From a virus (lineage: Duplodnaviria; Caudoviricetes): 25,666 nucleotides of DNA. Positions 1-7,095 of the stretch are shown here, in pieces; the stretch's first letter is position 1, and the number at the start of each line of letters is the position of its first letter. Location of the stretch: IMG/VR virus record IMGVR_UViG_3300023213_000554, positions 1-25,666 of that record, one strand, 5' to 3'. Both the position numbers and the translations under genes were made by a program. The notes beneath the pieces were generated by a model, which ran no database searches, was not told the DNA's origin, and was given only the letters and a program-made list of their open reading frames with translations.

Positions 1-43
1 ATTGCCACAACCCGAGTGGGTTCGATTTCCTTAAGTGGGTCCA
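1..43 (+). tRNA. 3' part of a tRNA or tRNA-like element (truncated by window edge; possibly Gly, degenerate)
   Basis: GGG-TTCGATT T-loop at 21-27, then exactly 5+7 nt, a discriminator T and CCA at 41-43, which is canonical tRNA 3' spacing. TT-GCC-AC at 2-8 resembles a Gly anticodon loop and U73 fits Gly. The T-stem pairs poorly and the variable region would be only 2 nt. Confidence 0.5.
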
Positions 44-123
44 TGAACAGAACCTCTGGCCCGCCAAAAGGCCCCATGTCCACAGTCAAAACCACGAGGG
101 CCATGAAAACATGGAAGCTTTCA

Positions 124-151
124 TTGACAAATTTGGACCTTACGCTAAGAT
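124..151 (+). promoter_or_regulatory. sigma70-like promoter, probably leaderless transcript
   Basis: TTGACA (124-129), 16-nt spacer, TAAGAT (146-151). The ATG at 158 lies 6 nt downstream, with no room for a transcribed SD. Confidence 0.6.
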
Positions 152-157
152 AGGGTC

Positions 158-481
158 ATGACTCGTCCAGGGATGGTGTGGAAGCTTCTTATCTTCTCGG
201 TTCTGAACCTCTTCGATTTGGCCACGACACTCTGGGGATTGAATGCAGGCGTAGTCAATGAGCTTAACCCGATTCTTCGTTGGGCCTATCAGATTTCGCC
301 GTGGATGTTCGTAGCCATAAAGACGCTGACATTCGTCTGCTTCTCGGCCGTTCTCTGGGTGGATAGACACGAACTCAGAGCCCACAAAATAGCCTGGCTA
401 GCTATTTTTTTCTTCACCGCCCTTTGCACCTGGCAGGCCATGGTCTTTTTCTTCTTGATTAAGAATGGGATACTGCCATGA
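158..481 (+). CDS. DUF5658-like small membrane protein (about 3 TM segments)
   Basis: 107 aa, hydrophobic, with motif NLFDLATTLWGL...ELNPIL and a FVAIKT helix typical of DUF5658-type proteins. Confidence 0.7.
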   Translation: MTRPGMVWKLLIFSVLNLFDLATTLWGLNAGVVNELNPILRWAYQISPWMFVAIKTLTFVCFSAVLWVDRHELRAHKIAWLAIFFFTALCTWQAMVFFFLIKNGILP

Positions 482-813
482 AAATTAACGCCAAGAACCT
501 TCATGACTTTGAAGAAATGATGTACGATGAGGCTGCGAAGCTCTTCGGCACAGATGAGGAGGGCAATTCCCTGGTTCAAATTATTCTCGTGGACCGGACC
601 CGACACGGTCGGCTGCATTATCTCCCGGTCCCACTCACTTGGCCGATAGGAGTTGGTACCCTCGAGGCAGAAGACCTAAAACGTCGTCTCATGCTGAACC
701 TACAGCTAGCCTTCGGTGAACTTGACACCTGGTGGAAGGTTGAATCCGACGAGAATTACGAGAGGTTGACAAAGCAAAGGGATTCTGCTAAGCTGGCCAA
801 GTCTGATAAGTAA
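478..813 (+). CDS. hypothetical protein
   Basis: 111 aa, ATGA overlap with the upstream gene, codon usage like its neighbours. Confidence 0.75.
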   Translation: MKINAKNLHDFEEMMYDEAAKLFGTDEEGNSLVQIILVDRTRHGRLHYLPVPLTWPIGVGTLEAEDLKRRLMLNLQLAFGELDTWWKVESDENYERLTKQRDSAKLAKSDK

Positions 814-831
814 CCGGATTTTGGAGTTCCC

Positions 832-1311
832 ATGTGGAATGTGGAAGAAATCAAGGGCCGACGTGGCGGAAACGTCAGGAACGGCCGATGTAGGTTCGAG
901 CGGCTCAAGGAGCGGCGGGCGCAAGCCAAAGAACGCCAGGCAGCCTACGATGCCTTGACTCCTGAACAGAAACTGACCCGGCTTGAAGAGCACCTGAAGT
1001 CTGGCGCCGTCCCCGGCGAGGCCAAGAAAGAGCGAGCCAAGCTCTGGAGAGCCATTGTGGCTGCTCAGAAGAAAGCCGAAGTAGTGGTTAAGAAGGTCGA
1101 GCCGGAAGGCGACAAGCTGGTCAAGAAGCTACAGACCAAGAAGGCTCGCGAAGGCATGAAAAAGGCCTTCGATGCCCCGCCGCGGGAACTCGGCGAGGCT
1201 GCGATGAAGGCTGCGCAGCGGGTATCTCTACCCAACGACCCCGGTGACGCTCTTCGGCGACAACGAGCAGAGCGCTGGGCGCAGAAGAAAAGTCGAAAGG
1301 ATAAGAAATGA
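832..1311 (+). CDS. basic, helical hypothetical phage protein
   Basis: 159 aa, K/R/E/A-rich, GGAG SD upstream. The motif ERQAAYDALTPEQKLTRLE...GEAKKERAKL resembles small basic phage proteins of unknown function. Confidence 0.75.
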   Translation: MWNVEEIKGRRGGNVRNGRCRFERLKERRAQAKERQAAYDALTPEQKLTRLEEHLKSGAVPGEAKKERAKLWRAIVAAQKKAEVVVKKVEPEGDKLVKKLQTKKAREGMKKAFDAPPRELGEAAMKAAQRVSLPNDPGDALRRQRAERWAQKKSRKDKK

Positions 1312-1496
1312 AATTGGAAATGGAACAAATTTATCTGCGCGATGACGCGAGGCTCCGGCTTGTCTGGGAAGTCCAGGCACCTGACGGCTACCACTTTGTT
1401 GAAGGTCCACATTCGATGTTCTTTTCCAAGAAAGAGGCAAAGGCCCTGACCGAAGCTGACTTCGAAGACTGTTTACCGGATTGCGACTGCCAATGA
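1308..1496 (+). CDS. small hypothetical protein with C-terminal Cys cluster (CLPDCDC)
   Basis: 62 aa with ATGA overlaps at both ends. Confidence 0.65.
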   Translation: MKLEMEQIYLRDDARLRLVWEVQAPDGYHFVEGPHSMFFSKKEAKALTEADFEDCLPDCDCQ

Positions 1497-2725
1497 ACCT
1501 GACCTTGACAGAAGGCCAGCAAAGGGCCCTCGATGTTATCCATCAAATCATAGACCGCCAGGCCCTTGACGTGGGCATCATCAGCGGCTACGCCGGCACG
1601 GGCAAAACCACTCTTCTCAAAGCACTGGCCGAGGAGTTGGGCGATAGTCTGACTGTTGTTACCCCGACCGGTAAAGCTGCCCAGCGAGTCCGTGAAGTGG
1701 CTCCGGTCAATGCTATGACCATTCATCGGTGGCTCTACGTCCCTAAGGAAGATGAGAACGGAGAAATTCACTTTAGGCTACGTCCGGACGTGGCCCCTCC
1801 CCCTCACGGCATTATCATCATCGATGAAGCTTCCATGGTCAGTCGTGAGGTTTGGACAGACCTTAGAGATACCTGCTGGTCCCAGGGAACTAGCATCATC
1901 GCCATCGGGGACGGATTCCAGTTGCCGCCGGTAACCGACGACAATGACCCATTCAGCCTTTTCGACCCTAACTTTACGGCTCCCAATTTCTCCAAGACAG
2001 TCAAGGTCAACATGACCGAGGTTGTCCGGCAAGCCTTGGATAATCCCATCATCCGCATCAGCATGGCCGTCCGCGAGACCCCGGACTTCAGTAGCGCCCT
2101 GATGGAATTGCCAGCTGTCAGCGAGAAGAAGCTCACTGAGCACGGCCTCAGAACCTGGGAGCGGGGTGGAGCGGTTATCTGTCACCGAAACAAGACCCGA
2201 CACCGGGTTAATCGAGAGATACGACAGGCCCGGGGGCTTCACGGGCTCACCACCAACGAGCCTCTGTTGGTCCTGAAGAACAATTACAACCTTGACCGAT
2301 TCAACGGAGAAGTCGTAACCCTGAGTCAGATAGGAGAAACGATTGCTGAGTCCTCCACGATTAAATTCAAGGGCCAAAGTTTTGGAATGAAACTCATCGA
2401 AGTCAAAGTTGATGACGTCATGCCGGCTTTGATTGGCGAGGAACAGGTCCTGGGTCTGGCAGACGAGATAGGCACGAAAGCCATCGAATCAGCGGCTAGA
2501 CGGGCTGCCTGGGCCTATTACCCTGATGAGAGCGACGGGCCCCCGTACCTGCACGCGAATTTCGGGTATGCGCTCAGTTGTCACAAGGCACAAGGCTCTG
2601 AATTTCCTTCTACTTTAGTTCTAATTGAACCCTCAATCCGAGTTTTTACGCCGCCGGGACGGAAATGGATTTACACGGCACTGACCCGCACCAGAGGCGA
2701 GTGTGCCTTGTGTTGGATGCAATGA
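1493..2725 (+). CDS. Dda/RecD-like SF1B DNA helicase
   Basis: Walker A GYAGTGKTT, motif Ia TPTGKAA, TIHR, Walker B IIIDEASMV, GDGFQLPPV, VRQ, HKAQGSEF, YTALTR. The start is placed at ATG 1493 (ATGA overlap). Confidence 0.93.
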   Translation: MNLTLTEGQQRALDVIHQIIDRQALDVGIISGYAGTGKTTLLKALAEELGDSLTVVTPTGKAAQRVREVAPVNAMTIHRWLYVPKEDENGEIHFRLRPDVAPPPHGIIIIDEASMVSREVWTDLRDTCWSQGTSIIAIGDGFQLPPVTDDNDPFSLFDPNFTAPNFSKTVKVNMTEVVRQALDNPIIRISMAVRETPDFSSALMELPAVSEKKLTEHGLRTWERGGAVICHRNKTRHRVNREIRQARGLHGLTTNEPLLVLKNNYNLDRFNGEVVTLSQIGETIAESSTIKFKGQSFGMKLIEVKVDDVMPALIGEEQVLGLADEIGTKAIESAARRAAWAYYPDESDGPPYLHANFGYALSCHKAQGSEFPSTLVLIEPSIRVFTPPGRKWIYTALTRTRGECALCWMQ

Positions 2726-3318
2726 TTCATCGACGTAATTTCAAAGACGAGACAGGGAAAATCTATGGAAGATTGACGGTTGTCTGTTTTGCTGGCCACG
2801 ACCCTCAAGGATTAGCATTATGGTCTTGTAATTGTGAATGCGGAGCTAAAAATCATATCATTCGTGGGTCCAGTCTAAGAAGAGCCCGCCGTCCTTCGCG
2901 TTCTTGTGGATGTCAAATTGGTCCGTCAGTAGCTGCTCGTAGCAGAAAAGCTCCCGGCGAAAGTGGATTCACTAAATACATTACTTGTAATCTGAAAAAG
3001 GGAGCAAAAGAAAGAAAATTGCCATGTCTCTTGACCCGAGAAGAAATACGACAGATTACACAACGACCATGTCACTATTGCGGTGCTTTGCCGGCTGCAA
3101 TTTCCCGAGCTAGTAATGGTCACCTTTCCGAGGAGGGACGCAAAAGGTCTGCGTTTGTTTACAACGGGATTGACCGTGTTGACTCCACGAAAGGATACAC
3201 GCTTGAAAATTGCGTAGCAGCGTGTAAACTGTGCAATCGTTTCAAGTCCAGCCTTCCTATAGAAGATTTTCTCGAACAAGTGACCAAAATTTACAATCAC
3301 TCCGCGAGGCACCCATGA
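2722..3318 (+). CDS. free-standing HNH (homing-type) endonuclease
   Basis: N-terminal DETGKIYGRLTV..WSCNCECG..SCGC module and C-terminal CHYCG...NGIDRVDSTKGYTLENCVAACKLCN zinc/HNH core. Visibly more AT-rich than its neighbours. Start at ATG 2722. Confidence 0.88.
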   Translation: MIHRRNFKDETGKIYGRLTVVCFAGHDPQGLALWSCNCECGAKNHIIRGSSLRRARRPSRSCGCQIGPSVAARSRKAPGESGFTKYITCNLKKGAKERKLPCLLTREEIRQITQRPCHYCGALPAAISRASNGHLSEEGRKRSAFVYNGIDRVDSTKGYTLENCVAACKLCNRFKSSLPIEDFLEQVTKIYNHSARHP

Positions 3319-3869
3319 CACTACGCTTAAGATTTTTTCCGGACCCAATTCTGAAAAATATCAGCGCCCCGCTGGAAGCTGCGCCGGACCCTAAGTTCCT
3401 GGCGGAAATGTTTGCCCTGATGAAAGCCCGCGGTGGCGTCGGTCTTTCCGCGATTCAAGTCGGTGTTGCCCAGCGCATCATTACCCTCGACGTTGGCGAA
3501 GGGCCCGAAGTTTACATCAACCCGCAGTTGATTCTTCCAAAGGCCGAGAAAATCGAAGGGGTCTTGGAGGTTTTGAAGGAAAAGAAAATTGAAGATGTCC
3601 TGGGTAAGAGAAACCTGGTAACAGAGGGCTGTCTCAGCTTCCCGGGCATCTTCGAGAGGATTCTCCGATTCCCGACCTGGAATATCAGTTACCTAAATGA
3701 GAACTTTGAACAGAAGACCCGCAATGCCGACGGGCTCCGGGCTCACGTCCTGCAGCATGAAGGCGACCATCTGGACGGTCGGCTATTCGTCGATGAGCTA
3801 CGCTCGGCTAAAAGGTCTGCTATAATGGCGCAGATGATGAAGCTGCGAAAGCAGGGAGTACTCCGATGA
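3315..3869 (+). CDS. def: peptide deformylase
   Basis: All three PDF motifs are present: GVGLSAIQVG, EGCLS, QHEGDHLDG. N-terminal PDPIL. Start at ATG 3315 (ATGA overlap). Confidence 0.96.
   Translation: MTLRLRFFPDPILKNISAPLEAAPDPKFLAEMFALMKARGGVGLSAIQVGVAQRIITLDVGEGPEVYINPQLILPKAEKIEGVLEVLKEKKIEDVLGKRNLVTEGCLSFPGIFERILRFPTWNISYLNENFEQKTRNADGLRAHVLQHEGDHLDGRLFVDELRSAKRSAIMAQMMKLRKQGVLR
3818..3831 (+). promoter_or_regulatory. candidate internal extended -10 promoter
   Basis: TGcTATAAT at 3818-3826 within the 3' end of def. The 11-mer TATAATGGCGC is identical to the one at 6895-6905. Confidence 0.45.
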
Positions 3870-4006
3870 TGTTCGACATTCTCATGTTGGTTCTTGGTCT
3901 GGCGGTCGGTGTATTTATCACCGGGGCGCTCGGCTTCGCCACCGCGGGATTTGCAGCGGGTGTCGTGACAGGCATAGCAAACGTCTTTCGGAGTAAAAGC
4001 TCATGA
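3866..4006 (+). CDS. small Gly-zipper membrane protein (46 aa, absent from the ORF track)
   Basis: Manual translation gives MMFDILMLVLGLAVGVFITGALGFATAGFAAGVVTGIANVFRSKSS. It has ATGA overlaps with def and with 4003, and a GGGAG SD. Confidence 0.75.
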   Translation: MMFDILMLVLGLAVGVFITGALGFATAGFAAGVVTGIANVFRSKSS

Positions 4007-4338
4007 TGGTTGGCACTCTCACTAGAAGTTCTTCAAATAACACCCATATGCGGACCCAGTCTATGGACGGCGTTTTTGAAAACCTTCCAGAAGTCGGAGA
4101 AAATTTCATCATGGTGGGCAAGGCATTGGACCCATTGAAAGCCGCGGGATGGCGCTACATCGAGACCACTCCCGTCAGGCACGCCGAGCAGGAAAGTGAT
4201 GTCGTCCAATTCGAAACCCTGAACTCCTCGTACGAATTGGTTGTTCATACGGAAAATCACAAGCTCTTCAACGTCTCTGAACTTGAAAAACTGGAAGCGG
4301 GACTGCGACAAGTTCTTGAAGCCCGCGTGGAGTGGTGA
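4003..4338 (+). CDS. hypothetical protein
   Basis: 111 aa within the coupled gene array. Confidence 0.7.
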   Translation: MMVGTLTRSSSNNTHMRTQSMDGVFENLPEVGENFIMVGKALDPLKAAGWRYIETTPVRHAEQESDVVQFETLNSSYELVVHTENHKLFNVSELEKLEAGLRQVLEARVEW

Positions 4339-4341
4339 CAC

Positions 4342-4638
4342 ATGACTAACCTTTATCTCAAAGGCGACACAGGCCTTTACAATGCTCTCGTGGAAACCAT
4401 CAAAAATCCTGACCGCTCGCTCCAGATTAAAATTGGTAACCACATTTTTCTAGCTCACCTGAAAGAGCTTTCAACCAACTGTGAGGGTCAATTTATTTAC
4501 GATAGGCCCGACAGACCCTGGGAGCAAGCTGAGTACGTAACTGGACCAACTGTCGTGGAAGCTCACCTAGAGCTTTCTACAGGGGTATTGCCAGTGACAA
4601 AGACGCCAAAGAAAGCTCGGAGCAGCAAAGCCAAATGA
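4342..4638 (+). CDS. hypothetical protein
   Basis: 98 aa, GGAG SD, ATGA overlap with the next gene. Confidence 0.7.
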   Translation: MTNLYLKGDTGLYNALVETIKNPDRSLQIKIGNHIFLAHLKELSTNCEGQFIYDRPDRPWEQAEYVTGPTVVEAHLELSTGVLPVTKTPKKARSSKAK

Positions 4639-5030
4639 AGGTTACCATCGCCATCGTCGGGAGTCGTTGTTGGCCCGGACAACAAATTGGTGCTATCACG
4701 TACAAAATCGGCCAACTGGCCTTGCAGTTCTCTGGTATGCTCGAAGACATCACCATTATCAGCGGCGGAGCCCCCGGTGTTGATACCTGGGCAGAACATA
4801 TTGCCAAAGACTTCGGGCTTCAGACCAGAATCTACCCAGCTGATTGGAAGACTCACGGCAAGGCGGCCGGCTACCTACGCAACGAGGAAATGGTCAAGGC
4901 TGCCGATATCGTCATCGCTTTCTGGGACGGAGAATCCAAAGGTACTAAGCTCACCATCGACCTGGCGCTCAAGTATCGCAAAGTTCTGGAGGTATGGTTT
5001 CCTCACGAGGAGAAGAAGGATAATGGATAA
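4635..5030 (+). CDS. SLOG-superfamily protein (DUF2493/YspA-like)
   Basis: IAIVGSR, IISGGAPGVD, PADWKTHGKAAGYLRNEEMV, IAFWDGESKGT motifs. Confidence 0.88.
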   Translation: MKVTIAIVGSRCWPGQQIGAITYKIGQLALQFSGMLEDITIISGGAPGVDTWAEHIAKDFGLQTRIYPADWKTHGKAAGYLRNEEMVKAADIVIAFWDGESKGTKLTIDLALKYRKVLEVWFPHEEKKDNG

Positions 5031-5256
5031 GCCAAAAATTCACGAGCTACTTGACGGGCTAGACCGAGTCCTCACGCAAGCATATGCCTCGGCTTCGAGC
5101 ATCGATGGCCATCAGAGAATAGAAATCTCTATGATGCTCACCGAACTCAACAAGCTTAAGGCCATGGTAGCCGAGTACGGTTTCAACCAAGATTGGGTCA
5201 AATACCCATATACGGGGTGGCCCAGCATCTTTGGGACCCCTAACGGAGGAATTTGA
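5023..5256 (+). CDS. hypothetical protein (77 aa)
   Basis: The real start is probably ATG 5023 after AAGGA, inside track ORF 4687..5256. Confidence 0.65.
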   Translation: MDKPKIHELLDGLDRVLTQAYASASSIDGHQRIEISMMLTELNKLKAMVAEYGFNQDWVKYPYTGWPSIFGTPNGGI

Positions 5257-5257
5257 C

Positions 5258-5620
5258 ATGAGCAAACTGTTCCCTTGGCCCCCCAAACCCAATGTCACTT
5301 CCGACGAAGCAGATACACTCCAGCTGCTGATTACGGACTTGCGCACTCAGCTGGATGCTGCCCACAAAAAATTGGAAGACAGAGAGCGGGAGTACGACAT
5401 CCGTTTCGTAACTGATTTTCAAATTGGCCAAATGGTAGAACTCGGCCTCGGAAGCGGAAAATGCATTTACATGCAAAGCTTGCTGAACGAATATCGCCGG
5501 CTGTTAGTTGCTTGCAAGCATGCAGTGATTCAACAAGACTCTTTTCCGAGCTTCTGGCTCAACATCATCCGTGAAGCAGTACAGAATGCCGAGAAGGTCA
5601 AGCCGCTAGGCGTCGGTTAG
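5258..5620 (+). CDS. hypothetical protein with coiled-coil segment
   Basis: ATG 5258 after a GGAGG SD. Last gene of the + block. Confidence 0.7.
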   Translation: MSKLFPWPPKPNVTSDEADTLQLLITDLRTQLDAAHKKLEDREREYDIRFVTDFQIGQMVELGLGSGKCIYMQSLLNEYRRLLVACKHAVIQQDSFPSFWLNIIREAVQNAEKVKPLGVG

Positions 5621-5982
5621 GTCGTGTTCAAAGTGTTGTCAGCGTCGTAGACGATTTGAGCTTCCATGTCGATTTTGGAAGCGTTCGCCAAGGTGTACGC
5701 GGTCAAGCTGGTACGACCGTAATTCGGCGCGAGAGGAACCTGGGTAGTAGCCCAAGGACTGCCACCAACTGCCGCGGGAAGCGGGGCTATGATTTTGAGT
5801 CCAATCGTAGTTGCAGACGGCAGTGAAACGATGACGACCCTATCACTTCTGCCAGTACTGTCACTGATGTTAGCCTGAGCACCGATGAAAAATCCTGTGT
5901 TGGAACCTACGGTTGCGATTCCGTTGGCGGTCCCGTCCGCTGTAAATAATGCAGATTGGGGGGCTACGATTTTTGCTGGCAT
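5617..5982 (-). CDS. small beta-rich putative virion protein
   Basis: 121 aa, A/T/G/S-rich, GAGGAG SD. Resembles an internal domain of the 24392 protein. Confidence 0.7.
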   Translation of the reverse strand: MPAKIVAPQSALFTADGTANGIATVGSNTGFFIGAQANISDSTGRSDRVVIVSLPSATTIGLKIIAPLPAAVGGSPWATTQVPLAPNYGRTSLTAYTLANASKIDMEAQIVYDADNTLNTT

Positions 5983-5999
5983 GAGTGCTCCTCTTTAGG

Positions 6000-6006
6000 A
6001 AGATTA
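6000..6006 (-). promoter_or_regulatory. AATCTT motif (candidate late promoter), copy 1
   Basis: TAATCTT on the - strand overlaps the endolysin stop and lies 17 nt before ATG 5982. Confidence 0.4.
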
Positions 6007-6561
6007 CGTCAATACCTGAAGGGCCCGGGCATAGTATTTTTGCCTCTGCTTCAGACCATTCAGGCCCCCATTGATAAGTCTGGTAACCTGTTCAAAATCC
6101 TCGGCATCGGCGGCGGCGTTGATGTTTTTCTTCTTCCAATACCAACACCCGACTTTGAAGGCGTAGCGAGGCGTAGCGGCAAGCTCGGGACGGGTAATCA
6201 AGTCGACTCCGAGAGCACTGCCGCAGGCCCGGTAATTGTCTCTACCGGTTAGTTGGAACATGCCTCGGCCTTTGTATCGCCTGCCGTCGCCTTTCTGGGT
6301 ATTCCCAAGCCTCTTGGCACGTCTCCGGGCTCCCGGGTCGCTGCTGGTAGGCTCGTAGGTATCTCCGGAGGCTATTTCCTCGAGGTACTCGAACTCGACG
6401 TTCTCTTCCGCCCCTTGGGCCAGGAAAGCTGCCATCCGAAGTCTGGTATTGACTTCATCCTCCACCATGGCTTCATTCAAGTACGGAAGATAAAGCTCTG
6501 CCTTGGCTCGGGGAAGGTTCGGGCAGATGGTTCTTAGCTGTTCAAGGCTTAGCAGGGGCAT
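6004..6561 (-). CDS. glycoside hydrolase family 19 endolysin
   Basis: RMAAFLAQ, YLEE, GDGRRYKGRGMFQLTGRDNY, VTRLINGGLNGL motifs. No signal peptide. Confidence 0.93.
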   Translation of the reverse strand: MPLLSLEQLRTICPNLPRAKAELYLPYLNEAMVEDEVNTRLRMAAFLAQGAEENVEFEYLEEIASGDTYEPTSSDPGARRRAKRLGNTQKGDGRRYKGRGMFQLTGRDNYRACGSALGVDLITRPELAATPRYAFKVGCWYWKKKNINAAADAEDFEQVTRLINGGLNGLKQRQKYYARALQVLT

Positions 6562-6841
6562 CGGCTATTTTCTGAAAAAATACTTGTCCAGGGTTGAAGA
6601 CCCAATTCTCACCGGGGAGGGCTCCGCCACGCTTCTTGATTTCTTCCTTCTTTTCCTCGAGAAGTTCCTGGCTAGCCTCGAGTGCCTCGAGGGCTGCTTG
6701 AAGGCTGGCCTTGGCATGGTGTAGTTGAATCTTCAGTTCTCGATGGTTGGTCACCAGCTGACCGAGGGCCCGGTCGATGCCCATCAATTCGAGCTTCTCG
6801 TCTTCGGTGGCTACTATCTGAAATCCTATTAGGTGCGGCAT
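6542..6841 (-). CDS. coiled-coil hypothetical protein (99 aa)
   Basis: ATG 6841 after GGAGG. Heptad-like LQAALEALEASQELLEEKK segment. Overlaps the endolysin start. Confidence 0.7.
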   Translation of the reverse strand: MPHLIGFQIVATEDEKLELMGIDRALGQLVTNHRELKIQLHHAKASLQAALEALEASQELLEEKKEEIKKRGGALPGENWVFNPGQVFFQKIADAPAKP

Positions 6842-6856
6842 GAATCCTCCACGGAG

Positions 6857-6900
6857 ATTATACCACGTGCTCTTGATTGAGACCGGAAAGGGTGTATAAT
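6857..6900. promoter_or_regulatory. back-to-back divergent sigma70-like promoters
   Basis: + strand: TTGATT (6873-6878), 16 nt, TATAAT (6895-6900). - strand: TGgTATAAT extended -10 (6857-6865). Each is followed by an SD and ATG. Confidence 0.65.
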
Positions 6901-6921
6901 GGCGCTCCAAAGGAGATTTAC

Positions 6922-7095
6922 ATGAAGAAGATTGTTTTTGCGGTCCTGTTGTTCCTGGCCAGTTGTGGCGGTGGCGAAGTCGATTACCCTCCCAGCCCGC
7001 CCAGCCCTCCGGTAAAGTGTATTATCAATTACGGGGGAATTCAGCTCATAGTTCCCTGCCCACCCGATGCTGGCACACCCGATGGTGGCCAATGA
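6922..7095 (+). CDS. small Pro-rich lipoprotein
   Basis: AGGAG SD. MKKIVFAVLLFLAS-C15 lipobox, then PPSPPSPP, two more Cys and a PDAGTPDGG tail. Confidence 0.8.
   Translation: MKKIVFAVLLFLASCGGGEVDYPPSPPSPPVKCIINYGGIQLIVPCPPDAGTPDGGQ

Noticed and set aside
43-153. 36-codon ORF (MNRTSGPP...) after the tRNA-like end
   Set aside because: It has no SD, overlaps the promoter, and shows no recognisable features.
4687-5022. Upstream extension of track ORF 4687..5256 (and similar extensions at 2665, 3231, 6877, 6910, 6963, 15262)
   Set aside because: They overlap well-supported genes or promoters. Internal ATGs with an SD or ATGA coupling are better starts.
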